A stretch of 64,000 bases of DNA from Cyanidioschyzon merolae (taxonomy: Eukaryota): NCBI GenBank assembly GCA_000091205.1, contig AP006496.2; one strand, written 5' to 3'. Position 1 is the stretch's first letter, and each line of letters opens with the position of its first letter. Shown piece by piece: positions 12,168 to 21,902 of the stretch. Below the pieces are notes generated by a model. It ran no database searches, was not told the DNA's origin, and saw only the letters and a list, made by a program, of their open reading frames with translations. The position numbers and the translations under genes are program-made.

Positions 12168-13440
12168 CATAAAAATGGAGCACTGAACCGTTCGATCAAT
12201 TGCTGCCTTGCGATTGCATTCTCAGTCTTGCTTTGTAGATGTAGAGCGTTGGCAGTAGATATGCCGCATTGAGCGCTATCAGATGCATTCATTGAATCCG
12301 GGTTCTCGGTCGAGTTTTCCGAGTGGCTCGTTCGACTCCTTGCCGCTGGAAATCGTTATGTGCACGGTACAAGGGGAGTGTCGACGCCCTCGATCTACGC
12401 TTCGTAACGTGAACGGGAGCACTATCCGAATCATACGATGCGGACTCTGCGTTTCAACATTCCTTGCCTGCAGCACGCTCAGATACCGAATTCTTCAAGT
12501 TTTCGATGGTTCTGCTTCAAGGCAGCACGAGGGCGCAGCAGGCATCGCCGCTGGATGGACGACGACGGGGAAAAACTCTACATCAGCTTTGGAGACTTTC
12601 CCAGACGCTCATGCCGAGAGTTCACTGAACCTGTCTCATCAAGCAACAGATTCAGCTCGAAACACATACCCTCCGCTCTTGGTGGCCGTCGACGACATGT
12701 CATTCGGCATCCGACGGCAGCGGCACGGTGCCTCTCAGGGGGTATGCACTCAGGGGCTGGCGGCTCATCTGTTTGCCAGCAAAGGGTCTTGGACTCGCGC
12801 TTGAGTCATCGATGCGATCGCATTTGGCGGTACGACCGCCATCGCTTTCCATGAACGGGGGCGTAGACGGATCGCATTTTCTCGACCTGCTCTCAAGTCT
12901 AGATGTTCGGTCTGGTACTGGTCTCAAGACGTGGAAGAAAGCGTCCCGCAAACCCTGTATCGAGTGGTGCTGCTTGCTCTTGCGCGTGCGGTTCAGAGGG
13001 CATGCGCTGAGGGCATCGCACAGACCAAGCCCGTGCACCTGCGACACAACACCGGGTGCGGAAACGGCGGAGGGCATTTCTGGGTCAGCCTTGTTTATCG
13101 CGCCAAGGGTGTGTAACGGGCGATGACGCCAGCGTCCAAGCGCCACAAAGCGGCTGTCCGTAAGTAGCGCGTCTCGTGGGCGCATGGGAGCGCCCCTGTG
13201 CATTCATTTGTCAACGGTGCGACGTGCGCACCGAGGCTGTATACAGAAGAAAAGAGTATCGTATGCGAAGCGTAGATCGCATGTAGCGTCTGTCGGCTCA
13301 ATGAATAGAACGTAGCGGAAAGCAGGGAATTCGGGCGTTGAACGCTGCCATCAACATCCATCCCTCGACTGCTGAAAACTGATCTTGAAGTAAAGAAGAG
13401 AACGGCTGGAAGCTGTCGCCGAGAAAAAAAAGCCCCCCAA
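12168..13440 (+). mobile_element. Dispersed repeat family 1, copy 2 (~1.27 kb)
   Basis: >99 % identical reverse complement of copy 1, judged from translated ORFs and direct alignment of both ends. No TIRs, no recognisable transposase or RT motif. Overlapping ORFs on both strands suggest a non-coding, non-autonomous element. Confidence 0.85.
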
Positions 13441-14203
13441 TAGCTTGGCCTGATCACAATGGATATCCATCCTCCCTTTATCGTTTACGCCTGTATTAGC
13501 AGAGTCGACTTTTTTGAGTCAATGCTAAGATGAATCTTGTACATGTGCCAGACTTTACAAAGTGCATCTGTTCCATTTCTTGCTGATACGGGCACAACAG
13601 AAACAGCGTCCATGTCCAGCCATTATTCGTAAATTCACCATTGTTCAAGGCTACACACTGTGAAAGTGATGCCAATCAGAGCAATCCACAAGCGCTCGAT
13701 GCTCACATCACTGCACGTCTATACATCTATATTCTGTACAAAGAGCGCCACCCGATCCAGTCCGTTCGGTCTCAGCGTCCGCATCAGCACCCAACACAAT
13801 GCCGCTGGAGCTTCCTGCGAGCTGGATCCGCTCCGTTCACCAGTGCGAAACTGCGTCTAGCATGCACCACTTCTATGTAGTCGCGTGTTATGATGCACGC
13901 GAGCGCTGCGTATGCATCCCGGAATACAAAGCGCGCATCCATGGCCAGCCGCGCACCTAGGAAATCACGAGAGCATCGGTGCCGCATCATCATCATCATC
14001 ATCATCACGAGAACAACAATAACAACAAGTACGAGGCGGGTGCGTTTTCGCCAGCATTTCGAGGTTGTGTCGCCTGTGCTGTGCACTTGGATCGCGCGCT
14101 TGCCTTGCACTCCATGGATAGATGATGACCGATACACCCTTTTGTGCAAGTACTACTCGAATATCGATACCAGGGTGCCTTCTGCGCAGACTCGCGAGCG
14201 TGG

Positions 14204-17125
14204 TCACGAGGAGAACGCAGCTCCGCCAATCTGATCCCCGGTTCGAAGGACCGTCCCTGGCGATGCAATGTCGCCATTCAGCATAGGTACACCAGCGACA
14301 TCACCCAAGGTGGTGCCGCGAGGAAGTCGGAGCAACTTGCCCGAACTCTTATCGAATACGACGACATGCTGTTCCAGTTCAACGATTTGATGATAGAGTA
14401 CGCGAAAGTATTCACTGGTTGTTCCCAACGAAGCTGTGACGGTATCATCGAGAATAACATCCGCTCGACGCGACTCGGAATGCGTCAGTGTTTCCGAGGC
14501 GAGCGTCTCGCCTGAGGGCGGCTGCGTTGCCGGTAACGCTGCGACACGAGCGGGTGTATCCGATGGACCCGCTGCCGTTGTTGCTGCCGTCGGTGTGCTT
14601 ACGGCACCCGAGGCATCCGCCAGTGAGGCTACAGCAGCATCCGAGTCCGCTGCGACGTTGGATTCAAATTCGAACTCACCAACAGAAGGAGCACAGGGCG
14701 TATTGGCTAACGCCGCAGCATGCGCGATAGCGTTCCACGCAACAGCTTTCTCCCGTTCGCTCATGGCAGACGGCGAGACTGTGGTATTCGCAAAGCCCCG
14801 ATCCGTGAACAGATTCAGATTCTGCTTGTAGAGCCAGTGCGCGGCCCTGCCGTACTCCGCCAGCCGATGCATTCGCTCCGAACGCACCTGAACCTCAACC
14901 GGGAAGCCGTCGATAACTACCGTGGTATGCAGACTCTGATACCCGTTCTCCTTGGGCCAACGTATGAAATCGCGTCGCCTTTCGCGCACACTTGGCCAGA
15001 GTCGCTCGATGATGGCCATGACGGCGTCGCATGCCTCCAGCTCGCTGCTCTGATGAACCGGTCGCACAACAACCCGCAACGCCATCAGATCCAGAATGCT
15101 GTCGATGCCGCTCCCGAGACGAATCATCTTCCGGTACGTCGAGTAGAGACTCTTCACACGACCTCTGATGCGCCACGACCAAATGTAACTGTGCAACTGA
15201 GGCTCCAGACTGAGCGCATTTTCGATCGCTTGGCGAGCGTACTCGAGGATATCGGCACCTGCATCAAAGCGCAGTGCAACTTGCCGTCGCAGCGCCTCAC
15301 TCTGTTTTGGAAACAACAGCAAAAACGCCAGCTCCTCCATTTCGCATTGGAGGTAGTAGATGCCGAGCTGATTTGCGAGCGGAGCTACCACTTCCAGCGT
15401 CAAGAGAGCCAATCGCTGGGCAGTCGCATGCGTCATTGCGTCGAGCCGCTGCCTAGCGGGCGCGAGACTCGCCCGCTGGTCATCAGCGCCATCCGTATGG
15501 GATCGCGTCTCGCAAGACGCCTCTCGTGGTGTCAAGAGTCCGGGTGATACGCACGTGGGTGCTTGTTCCGCGGTCTCCTGCATCGAATTCAGTGAGCGAT
15601 CAGCAGGCGTATGCGAAACTGCAGGAGCACCAGAGGCATATGCCCCGGACGCCGTCGACGTACCCCTCACGACAGACGTCGCCACCGACTCGTCCATTGA
15701 CGACGCTGCCTCGCAGCTTCTTTGTGGTGCATTTCCCTCAGCTGCGCACGTATCTGGCGACGATGTTGCAGCGTCCATATCATCCATGAGGCCGAATGCT
15801 TCGCTGTACACGCGCAACTCGTGCAGCGTCCCTGCAAAAAAGAGCGCCAACGCGCGCCAGTCTTTGGCGACACCGATAAGCAGCTGCCGCAGACCTGCGG
15901 GATTCGAATCCATACTCGTCGCGTAGATAATGCCACGTATCGCCCTCTCCTGAATCAGAATATCTGCAACCGACCGGCCGAACTCGCTGGCGATCTCTCG
16001 CGTAGCCAGTGGTGTGTCCAGCAGAGCAGCTGCCAGCACAGCCTCGAGGTCCATCTGCAAGTCGATGACTGTATTCAGAACAGCACGACAGCGAGCGAAG
16101 CTGCGGTGTTTGCGCTCCTCGTGTATGGCGACACCCCAGGGTGTAGTCGACACAGCCGCTATGCGCCGTGCCGCCCTGTCGCTTGTACTTGGCGCGCTAG
16201 CTGCGTCCGGCGACAGGCGTTCGCGTTCCCCTCGCGCGCTTGTGCGCAAGTTCATGTCTGGTGGTGATGGTGGTGCATTCGCTGGGTCTGCCGTACTGCC
16301 TGCATCAGCATCTGGCGGTTGTCGAGCAGGCGAGTGCTGCATCGTAGCGGAACGCTGTAGCGAACGTTCCAGAGCAATGCGCACGAGGGATGAACCGATG
16401 GGTCCCAGGTACGCACAGCGAAGCTCGACATCTTCAATGAAGCGCTGCAAATCCTGTGTGGAGGATGGCCAGCCCGGGCCTTCCGCAACCTCACTGCATC
16501 TTCGCTGCTTTTCCAGGTTCTGGAGCGCCCGGCTAACCTGCGATGAAACCTGAATAAAATCTGAGCTGGAGACGTCTTTCGAGACTCGCTCTGGTGCCCG
16601 CCTGTGCTCGTTACGTCGCTGGCTCAGGGCTCCTGATTCGCGAGCCGCACCAAAGCACTCATACGTTCCATGCCTTGCGGGAGTGGTCGCTAGTCCCTGG
16701 CGGCGGCTGCGGTGCAGAAAAAGGCGCACGCCGACAGGTTTCCCAGTCGCTGACGGAGGCCGCTCCGGAACATCTTGCTGTTCACTGCGGGTGTTTTCAT
16801 CACCCGTGGCCACCTGAGCATCACCAGTCTTGTGTCGCACGTTCCAGACACACTTTGGTGCAGCAGAAGCGCCTTCCTCGCCATAGAACGGAGTTCGCTC
16901 AGGAAGCAGCCCCTGTTCGACCGGATCGATGCCCAGACGAAGAGCGCAGCGCCGCCCTTCGAAGCGGCCGCTACAAAACACCCTCCGTACAGGCGGAACG
17001 CGTAGGAGTGCTCTGTTTGCCGCACATAGTGCCGCCGCGCTCCCAACGAAGCCGTGAACCCGCTCTATTCGCACAGGCTGCAGACTCGGCTCAACGAAGC
17101 AGCTCGATGAGCGCCCAGTTGACAT
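14204..17125 (-). CDS. RelA/SpoT homologue (RSH): (p)ppGpp synthetase domain with degenerate HD hydrolase-like region
   Basis: Synthetase signature 'ILDLMALRVVVRP…YQSLHTTVVIDGFPVEVQVRSERMHRLAEYGRAAHWLYKQ'. Upstream 'RQLLIGVAKDWRALALFFAGTLHELRV' aligns to the HD-domain segment (…LLAMA.D.RVILIKLADRLHNMRT…), but no His-Asp dyad was seen. The ~330-aa N-terminus is low-complexity Ala/Pro/Ser-rich. Confidence 0.8.
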   Translation of the reverse strand: MSTGRSSSCFVEPSLQPVRIERVHGFVGSAAALCAANRALLRVPPVRRVFCSGRFEGRRCALRLGIDPVEQGLLPERTPFYGEEGASAAPKCVWNVRHKTGDAQVATGDENTRSEQQDVPERPPSATGKPVGVRLFLHRSRRQGLATTPARHGTYECFGAARESGALSQRRNEHRRAPERVSKDVSSSDFIQVSSQVSRALQNLEKQRRCSEVAEGPGWPSSTQDLQRFIEDVELRCAYLGPIGSSLVRIALERSLQRSATMQHSPARQPPDADAGSTADPANAPPSPPDMNLRTSARGERERLSPDAASAPSTSDRAARRIAAVSTTPWGVAIHEERKHRSFARCRAVLNTVIDLQMDLEAVLAAALLDTPLATREIASEFGRSVADILIQERAIRGIIYATSMDSNPAGLRQLLIGVAKDWRALALFFAGTLHELRVYSEAFGLMDDMDAATSSPDTCAAEGNAPQRSCEAASSMDESVATSVVRGTSTASGAYASGAPAVSHTPADRSLNSMQETAEQAPTCVSPGLLTPREASCETRSHTDGADDQRASLAPARQRLDAMTHATAQRLALLTLEVVAPLANQLGIYYLQCEMEELAFLLLFPKQSEALRRQVALRFDAGADILEYARQAIENALSLEPQLHSYIWSWRIRGRVKSLYSTYRKMIRLGSGIDSILDLMALRVVVRPVHQSSELEACDAVMAIIERLWPSVRERRRDFIRWPKENGYQSLHTTVVIDGFPVEVQVRSERMHRLAEYGRAAHWLYKQNLNLFTDRGFANTTVSPSAMSEREKAVAWNAIAHAAALANTPCAPSVGEFEFESNVAADSDAAVASLADASGAVSTPTAATTAAGPSDTPARVAALPATQPPSGETLASETLTHSESRRADVILDDTVTASLGTTSEYFRVLYHQIVELEQHVVVFDKSSGKLLRLPRGTTLGDVAGVPMLNGDIASPGTVLRTGDQIGGAAFSS

Positions 17126-17887
17126 AAACCAACTGTTTTCCTTACCAATAGTAAAGTAATTCTATTCTTGGAACACGCTCTCTGTCGTTGAATGCAGACC
17201 ACCCGACCCGTATGTCTCGGTTATCGAGTACGTTCCGTGACGCTCCCTTCACACAGCGCGCTACCGACACGTCATCTGCGCTCGGGGCTTCGCAGGCCGT
17301 TTCGTGCCGGTAATCCGGACATCCGGACAATCTCGCGATGGCGGGAACGCGCTGATGCGCTGGCGCTCCCAGTCTTCTGGACCTCCATCCAGATATGAAA
17401 CAAGTGCTGGCAAGAGTAGTCATCGAAGGGTGCCCCAGTCGTTGTGCAGTGTTCTAGTCAACGCGGTGCACGCTGGCTGGAATACCTGGTCCAAGACGCC
17501 GAGTCTGTGTTTGCGGGGTTTTTATCACAGGTATCCGCAGGAGGGATTGGAACCTGTTGGTGTGGGGACGTTCGTGCAGGGACCTGGTGCTGTCACTGCT
17601 AGCCTGCGAAGAACGGCTGCACTTGTACAGGTCAGTCGTTTGTAGGTCAGCAGGGCGATGAACCACGCGTTTCGTGGTCACGGTCATGAAGTTGTTGCAG
17701 ACAGCACGGAAAGTATCCAACGGTATGTATAGGACTCGCTCCTTCTTATTGCAATGCATTCCGAGCGATGTTTGAGAGTTTTTGGAAGAGATGTCACAGG
17801 TTGAGAAGTTTTCCGCACCGCTGATACGAAACGATGATAGAGAAGCACGAATGGACCGAGAAATTGCGGCGATAGGGGATGACGAAT

Positions 17888-18962
17888 GCATTCATAGAAT
17901 CCGGGTTCTCGGTCGAGTTTTCCGAGTGGCTCGTTCGACTCCTTGCCGCTGGAAATCGTTATGTGCACGTTACAAGGGGAGTGTCGACGCCCTCGATCTA
18001 CGCTTCGTAACGTGAACGGGAGCACTATCCGAATCATACGATGCGGACTCTGCGTTTCAACATTCCTTGCCTGCAGCACGCTCAGATACCGAATTCTTCA
18101 AGTTTTCGATGGTTCTGCTTCAAGGCAGCACGAGGGCGCAGCAGGCATCGCCGCTGGATGGACGACGACGGGGAAAAACTCTACATCAGCTTTGGAGACT
18201 TTCCCAGACGCTCATGCCGAAAGTTCACTGAACCTGTCTCATCAAGCAACAGATTCAGCTCGGAACACATACCCTCCGCTCTTGGTGGCCGTCGACGACA
18301 TGTCATTCGGCATCCGACGGCAGCAGCACGGTGCCTCTCAGGGGGTATGCACTCAGGGGCTGGCGGCTCATCTGTTTGCCAGCAAAGGGTCTTGGACTCG
18401 CGCTTGAGTCATCGATGCGATCGCATTTGGCGATACGAGCGCCATCGCTTTCCATGAACGGGGGCGTAGACGGATCGCATTTTCTCGACCTGCTCTCATG
18501 TCTAGATGTTCGGTCTGGTACTGGTCTCAAGACGTGGAAGAAAGTGTCCCGCAAACCCTGTATCGAGTGGTGCTGCTTGCTCTTGCGCGTGCGGTTCAGA
18601 GGGCATGCGCTGAGGGCATCGCACAGACCAAGCCCGTGCACCTGCGACACAACACCGGGTGCGGAAACGGCGGAGGGCATTTCTGGGTCAGCCTTGTTTA
18701 TCGCGCCAAGGGTGTGTAACGGGCGATGACGCCAACGTCCAAGCGCCACAAAGCGGCTGTCCGTAAGTAGCGCGTCTCGTGGGCGCATGGGAGCGCCCCT
18801 GTGCATTCATTTGTCAACGGTGCGACGTGCGCACCGAGGCTGTATACAGAAGAAAAGAGTATCGTATGCGAAGCGTAGATCGCATGTAGCGTCTGTCGGC
18901 TCAATGAATAGAACGTAGCGGAAAGCAGGGAATTCGGGCGTTGAACGCTGCCATCAACATCC
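17888..18962 (+). mobile_element. Dispersed repeat family 1, copy 3 (truncated at both ends, ~1.07 kb)
   Basis: Same ORF set as copy 2 with a few substitutions (RRQQHGA vs RRQRHGA; SSEHIP vs SSKHIP). Shared sequence begins at 'gcattcat[a/t]gaatccgggttctcgg' and ends at '…gctgccatcaacatcc'. ORF 17684..18079 (-) reads through the left boundary into unique flank. Confidence 0.8.
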
Positions 18963-19527
18963 TCACTACTATCAGCAAACGAAACCGGAGGGGAAAGGAG
19001 TCACCCGCGTATTGAAAGCCGGACCCAGATGAGAGTAAACGAGAGCAGTCTCATAAAATCCCCAAAGGCTTGTCTGGATGACCACAGGAAGAGATTCAAG
19101 TTCGAGCATATACGCCCGAGTTCGATCAATGCACCTGTCGCGTTCTGCGCCGCCACGGGGTCTCGGTACCCCGTTCGATCGCAGCGCAGCGGCCCCAGCG
19201 TCCTTCCGTTGGCGTGATGCGCATGATCCGCCGCTGGCTGCCGCCGCGGCACGCACGCAAGCACACACACCGACACCAGTGTCTCTATACTTCAATACAT
19301 GTCCATATGTTAATGTGTCATTATATTTCTATTTCTGTCCATCTACGCGAAGCACCGCGCACAGGCACAGCGCGTCGCCGTCGTCGCCGCCGTCGCGATC
19401 GACGCGCCAACGCCACAAAGCAGCCCGTGCGGCACACATCGCGTACAACGCATCCGTTCGTACCGACAAGCTGCGAGTTTGTGCAGTACTGTGTTTTGTT
19501 GCAGGTTAGCTACGCTCGCGATCGTCC

Positions 19528-20511
19528 ATGTCGGAGGCAACAAAACAGCAGGCTGCGGTAAGCACGGAGCAGGTGCAGAAGGCGAAGCAGAAGGCGAAAA
19601 CCTCCGTGACATCTTTCTTGAAGGACTTGGCTGCGGGTGGTGTTGCGGGAGCGATCAGCAAAACGGCGGTGGCACCGATCGAGCGTGTGAAGCTGCTGTT
19701 GCAGATTTCGTTGAGCAACCCGCAAATAAAGCCAGAGGACCGTTATAATGGAATTTTCGATACTTTCCGGCGTGTCGTGCGAGAGCAGGGCTTTTGGTCG
19801 CTATGGCGTGGGAACATGGCGAACGTACTGCGCTACTTCCCGACACAGGCGTTGAACTTTGCTTTCAAGGACACGTACAAGCAAATGTTCTTGGCCGGCG
19901 TAGATAAGGACAAACAGTTCTGGCGTTTCTTTATGGGTAACCTGGCTAGTGGCGGAGCTGCTGGCGCCACCTCGCTTCTCGTTGTGTACCCGCTGGACTT
20001 TGCGCGAACGCGCCTGGCTGCTGACGTCGGCAAGGGGAAGGATCGAGCATTCACCGGCCTTGGTGACTGCATCATGAAGATCTACCGGAGCGATGGCCTT
20101 CGGGGACTCTATCAAGGATTCGGCGTAAGTATTCAAGGCATTATTGTGTACCGGGCGGCATTCTTTGGCTTCTTCGACACTGCCAAGGCCTTGCTGCTGA
20201 AGGATCCACGCAACGCGCCTGTGTGGCAGTCCTGGCTCATTGCGCAGACCGTCACCACCGTGGCCGGTATTATCAGTTATCCCTTCGACACTGTTCGCCG
20301 TCGGATGATGATGCAGAGCGGTCGCGTAGGCCAGCGCGAATACACCGGCACGCTGGACTGCTGGGCGAAGATCATCAAGAATGAAGGCACTAGCGCCCTC
20401 TTCCGAGGTGCATTCTCGAATGTTATCCGAGGCACGGGCGGCGCCTTTGTTCTGGTGCTCTACGATGAGTTCAAGAAAATCATCAACCCAACAGCTGTGA
20501 TGTACAAGTAA
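19528..20511 (+). CDS. Mitochondrial ADP/ATP carrier (AAC/ANT; mitochondrial carrier family)
   Basis: Three mitochondrial-carrier repeats (P-x-D/E-x-x-K/R motifs), the AAC-specific 'RRRMMMQSG' signature, and the N-terminal '[30 protein letters not shown]'. Uninterrupted 327-aa ORF. Confidence 0.92.
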   Translation: MSEATKQQAAVSTEQVQKAKQKAKTSVTSFLKDLAAGGVAGAISKTAVAPIERVKLLLQISLSNPQIKPEDRYNGIFDTFRRVVREQGFWSLWRGNMANVLRYFPTQALNFAFKDTYKQMFLAGVDKDKQFWRFFMGNLASGGAAGATSLLVVYPLDFARTRLAADVGKGKDRAFTGLGDCIMKIYRSDGLRGLYQGFGVSIQGIIVYRAAFFGFFDTAKALLLKDPRNAPVWQSWLIAQTVTTVAGIISYPFDTVRRRMMMQSGRVGQREYTGTLDCWAKIIKNEGTSALFRGAFSNVIRGTGGAFVLVLYDEFKKIINPTAVMYK

Positions 20512-21902
20512 GCAAGCTCTGACGTCAAGGGTGGATGCACCAAAGGCCAGATGTTTCCGCCTTCGTAACTGCTGCGATGCAAGCGGCGTAACGCCGGCGC
20601 TTGAAAGCGCAGCTAGACGGGGTGGCATATGCGAGATGAACTGTCCTGGTTGTAAACGTAAATTTGGTTTAAATTCAAACCTAGGAATCGCCGACGTTGC
20701 CTTCGAGCGCTTTTCATTGCGAGCACCGCATTGCGTCCGGAAGAGGTACTCCGTACCACACGCTTTCTCTGAGAACGCAATCCGTGGTGCATCATACCAG
20801 CAGACTAGCCACACCAAACTTTGGCAAGTTTGGAAAAGCGATCTCTAGCCGTTAGACCTGGTTGCCTGTCCGCAACAGGTTCTTGTGCGCCAGCTGCACC
20901 ATACCTGTTGTCTTTGGGCAAGCGCTTGACGCTCCCGCGACGCTGCTGGCACTTGAGCGGAAAACCATAGCGTACACAAGGGCGTTTTATCAGGTCAGCG
21001 CAGTGCATCGCAACTACTATCCGGCGCAGGGCAGGCTCCCAGAAATCCTCGTGAAGCATGAACGCCTCCGAGTAGACTATTGGTTCCGGAGGACAGGCTC
21101 ACGTCCCTAGAACGGTGCTTGGGTTTCTGTTGCGTGAACTTGAAATGTCGCTGATGACTTTGTGTGATAACAGCGCGCAGAAGCAGGTACCAGATGCATA
21201 ACCTCATGCATAGAGTCGTTTTGCGCTGGAGTTCATCCATCATTCAAGCAGCAGCAGCAGCAGCAGCTGCTGCTGCTCTTCTGGCTAGCCCCAGGCAACA
21301 GCGCTTGCGTACGACTCCGCGTAGGAAACGTTCTCTTCAGTTTGATTTGGCTTACAGCACCTGAGACACCTGCCATTGCGCCATAAATGTGTCGAAGCGC
21401 CGTCTCAGCCCCTGTTCTCCAAAGATTTCTACCTGGTGCAGCACTCGACTGAACCACAGACGGCGTCAGCACGCCTGCGGAAAAGCTGTCTGATCTTCCT
21501 TCGGTGCCTCGCACACCCGCTCTTCATCCAATACCGATCCAGACTCGCCAACCGTCGCTAGTTGTAGTCGAACAGCACCGAAAGATGGAAAAACACGGCA
21601 TGAAGCGCACAAGTCAATGACTCCGTTCATGTGTGCTGTCTGGCGACAGGCTAGCATCGACGTGCTGCTCCCGGAACCTCTGGATGCTGCACTGGACATC
21701 GGGTTTCGAATCCATCGCTCCCGCAATCCGATACGCATCCTTTCCAAAGCATAAGAGCACGACGCCTTGCCAGGATGCTGTTCAGCATTGCCCAAAAGCA
21801 AAGACAACTGACCCAGCATTACCTTTGCATATCACCAACGAATACGCCTCATATCATCGAACGAGACACGCTCGATGACCGCACCATATCCGTACGATAC
21901 AG

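Noticed and set aside
14720-15547. 275-aa plus-strand ORF (and several 80-180-aa ORFs) antisense to the RSH gene
   Set aside because: It lies entirely inside a well-supported CDS on the other strand and has Arg/Pro/Ser-rich composition. Long antisense 'shadow' ORFs are expected in GC-rich coding DNA.
9100-18806. Multiple 130-175-aa ORFs inside the family-1 repeat copies, candidate element-encoded proteins
   Set aside because: ORFs overlap on both strands in all frames and are Arg/Ser/Pro/Cys-rich. None shows a transposase, RT or nucleic-acid-binding motif. The element is treated as non-coding.
19440-19530. Possible 3' splice site ('tgttttgttgcag|gttagc') just upstream of the ADP/ATP-carrier ATG, suggesting a 5'-UTR intron
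   Set aside because: It is only a polypyrimidine-AG pattern. No paired donor or branch point could be established, and all other genes here appear intronless.
21690-21725. tRNA-like T-loop motif 'gggtttcgaatcc'; a similar motif 'ggttcgaac' occurs at 12045-12070 outside this interval
   Set aside because: No acceptor stem, D-arm or anticodon arm could be built around either occurrence. These are isolated chance matches.
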